A DNA stretch of 7,528 nucleotides from Octopus sinensis (Eukaryota): contig NW_021828852.1 in the NCBI RefSeq assembly GCF_006345805.1, positions 1-7,528 on the forward strand. Reading direction: 5' to 3'. The position numbers and the translations under genes are program-made. Positions within the stretch are counted from its first letter, which is position 1. The number at the start of each line of letters is the position of its first letter. Below, piece after piece: positions 7,436 through 7,528 of the stretch. The notes under the pieces are model-generated. The model was not told the DNA's origin and did no database searches. It worked only from the letters and a program-made list of their open reading frames with translations.

Positions 7436-7439
<4 letters not shown>
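7159..7439 (+). mobile_element. Probable chimeric SINE: head of the 5810-6237 family fused to the 3' half of the 976-1157 family
   Basis: 7180-7254 matches revcomp(6163-6237) at 70/75 nt. The sequence then switches after GAGGTCG to CCGGTGGCGCATAAAAGTACCCACTACACTCTCGGAGTGGTTGGCGTTAGGAAGGGCATCC...CCAACCCATGCTAGCATGG...GTTAAACGATGATGAGGATGAT. Confidence 0.85.
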
Positions 7440-7473
<34 letters not shown>

Positions 7474-7475
7474 TG
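7438..7475 (+). repeat. (TA)n microsatellite
   Basis: Read directly. Confidence 0.95.
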
Positions 7476-7528
7476 AACATAAAATATCTGTGCATCTTCC
7501 CTTTTTTTTCACTACAATTTACGAATTG

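Overview
AT-rich, repeat-dense eukaryotic non-coding DNA with no credible intact host gene. The ORF track is almost entirely microsatellite artefact. The tRNA-derived SINEs resemble those I recall from octopus (coleoid cephalopod) genomes; this is an inference, not a database result. The window holds: at least four tRNA-SINE sequence types (one full-length, one truncated, one probable chimera, one sharing a 3' tail with another family, and one head-to-tail multimer); two decayed Ty3/Gypsy gag relics and a Gypsy integrase relic; the C-terminus of a Penelope-like (PLE) GIY-YIG endonuclease; a ~340 bp non-autonomous Helitron-like element; and long (TCTA)n/(TA)n microsatellites. The main find is three sequence-unrelated type I hammerhead ribozyme motifs within the first 3.1 kb (405-497 +, 1905-1957 -, 2992-3083 -). 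All share one architecture: short stem I, CUGANGA core, AU-rich stem II (much extended in two of them), GAAA, an 8-nt self-complementary stem III and a GUA cleavage triplet. This is the design of dimer-acting PLE/retrozyme hammerheads. All folds and alignments were done by eye and are untested.
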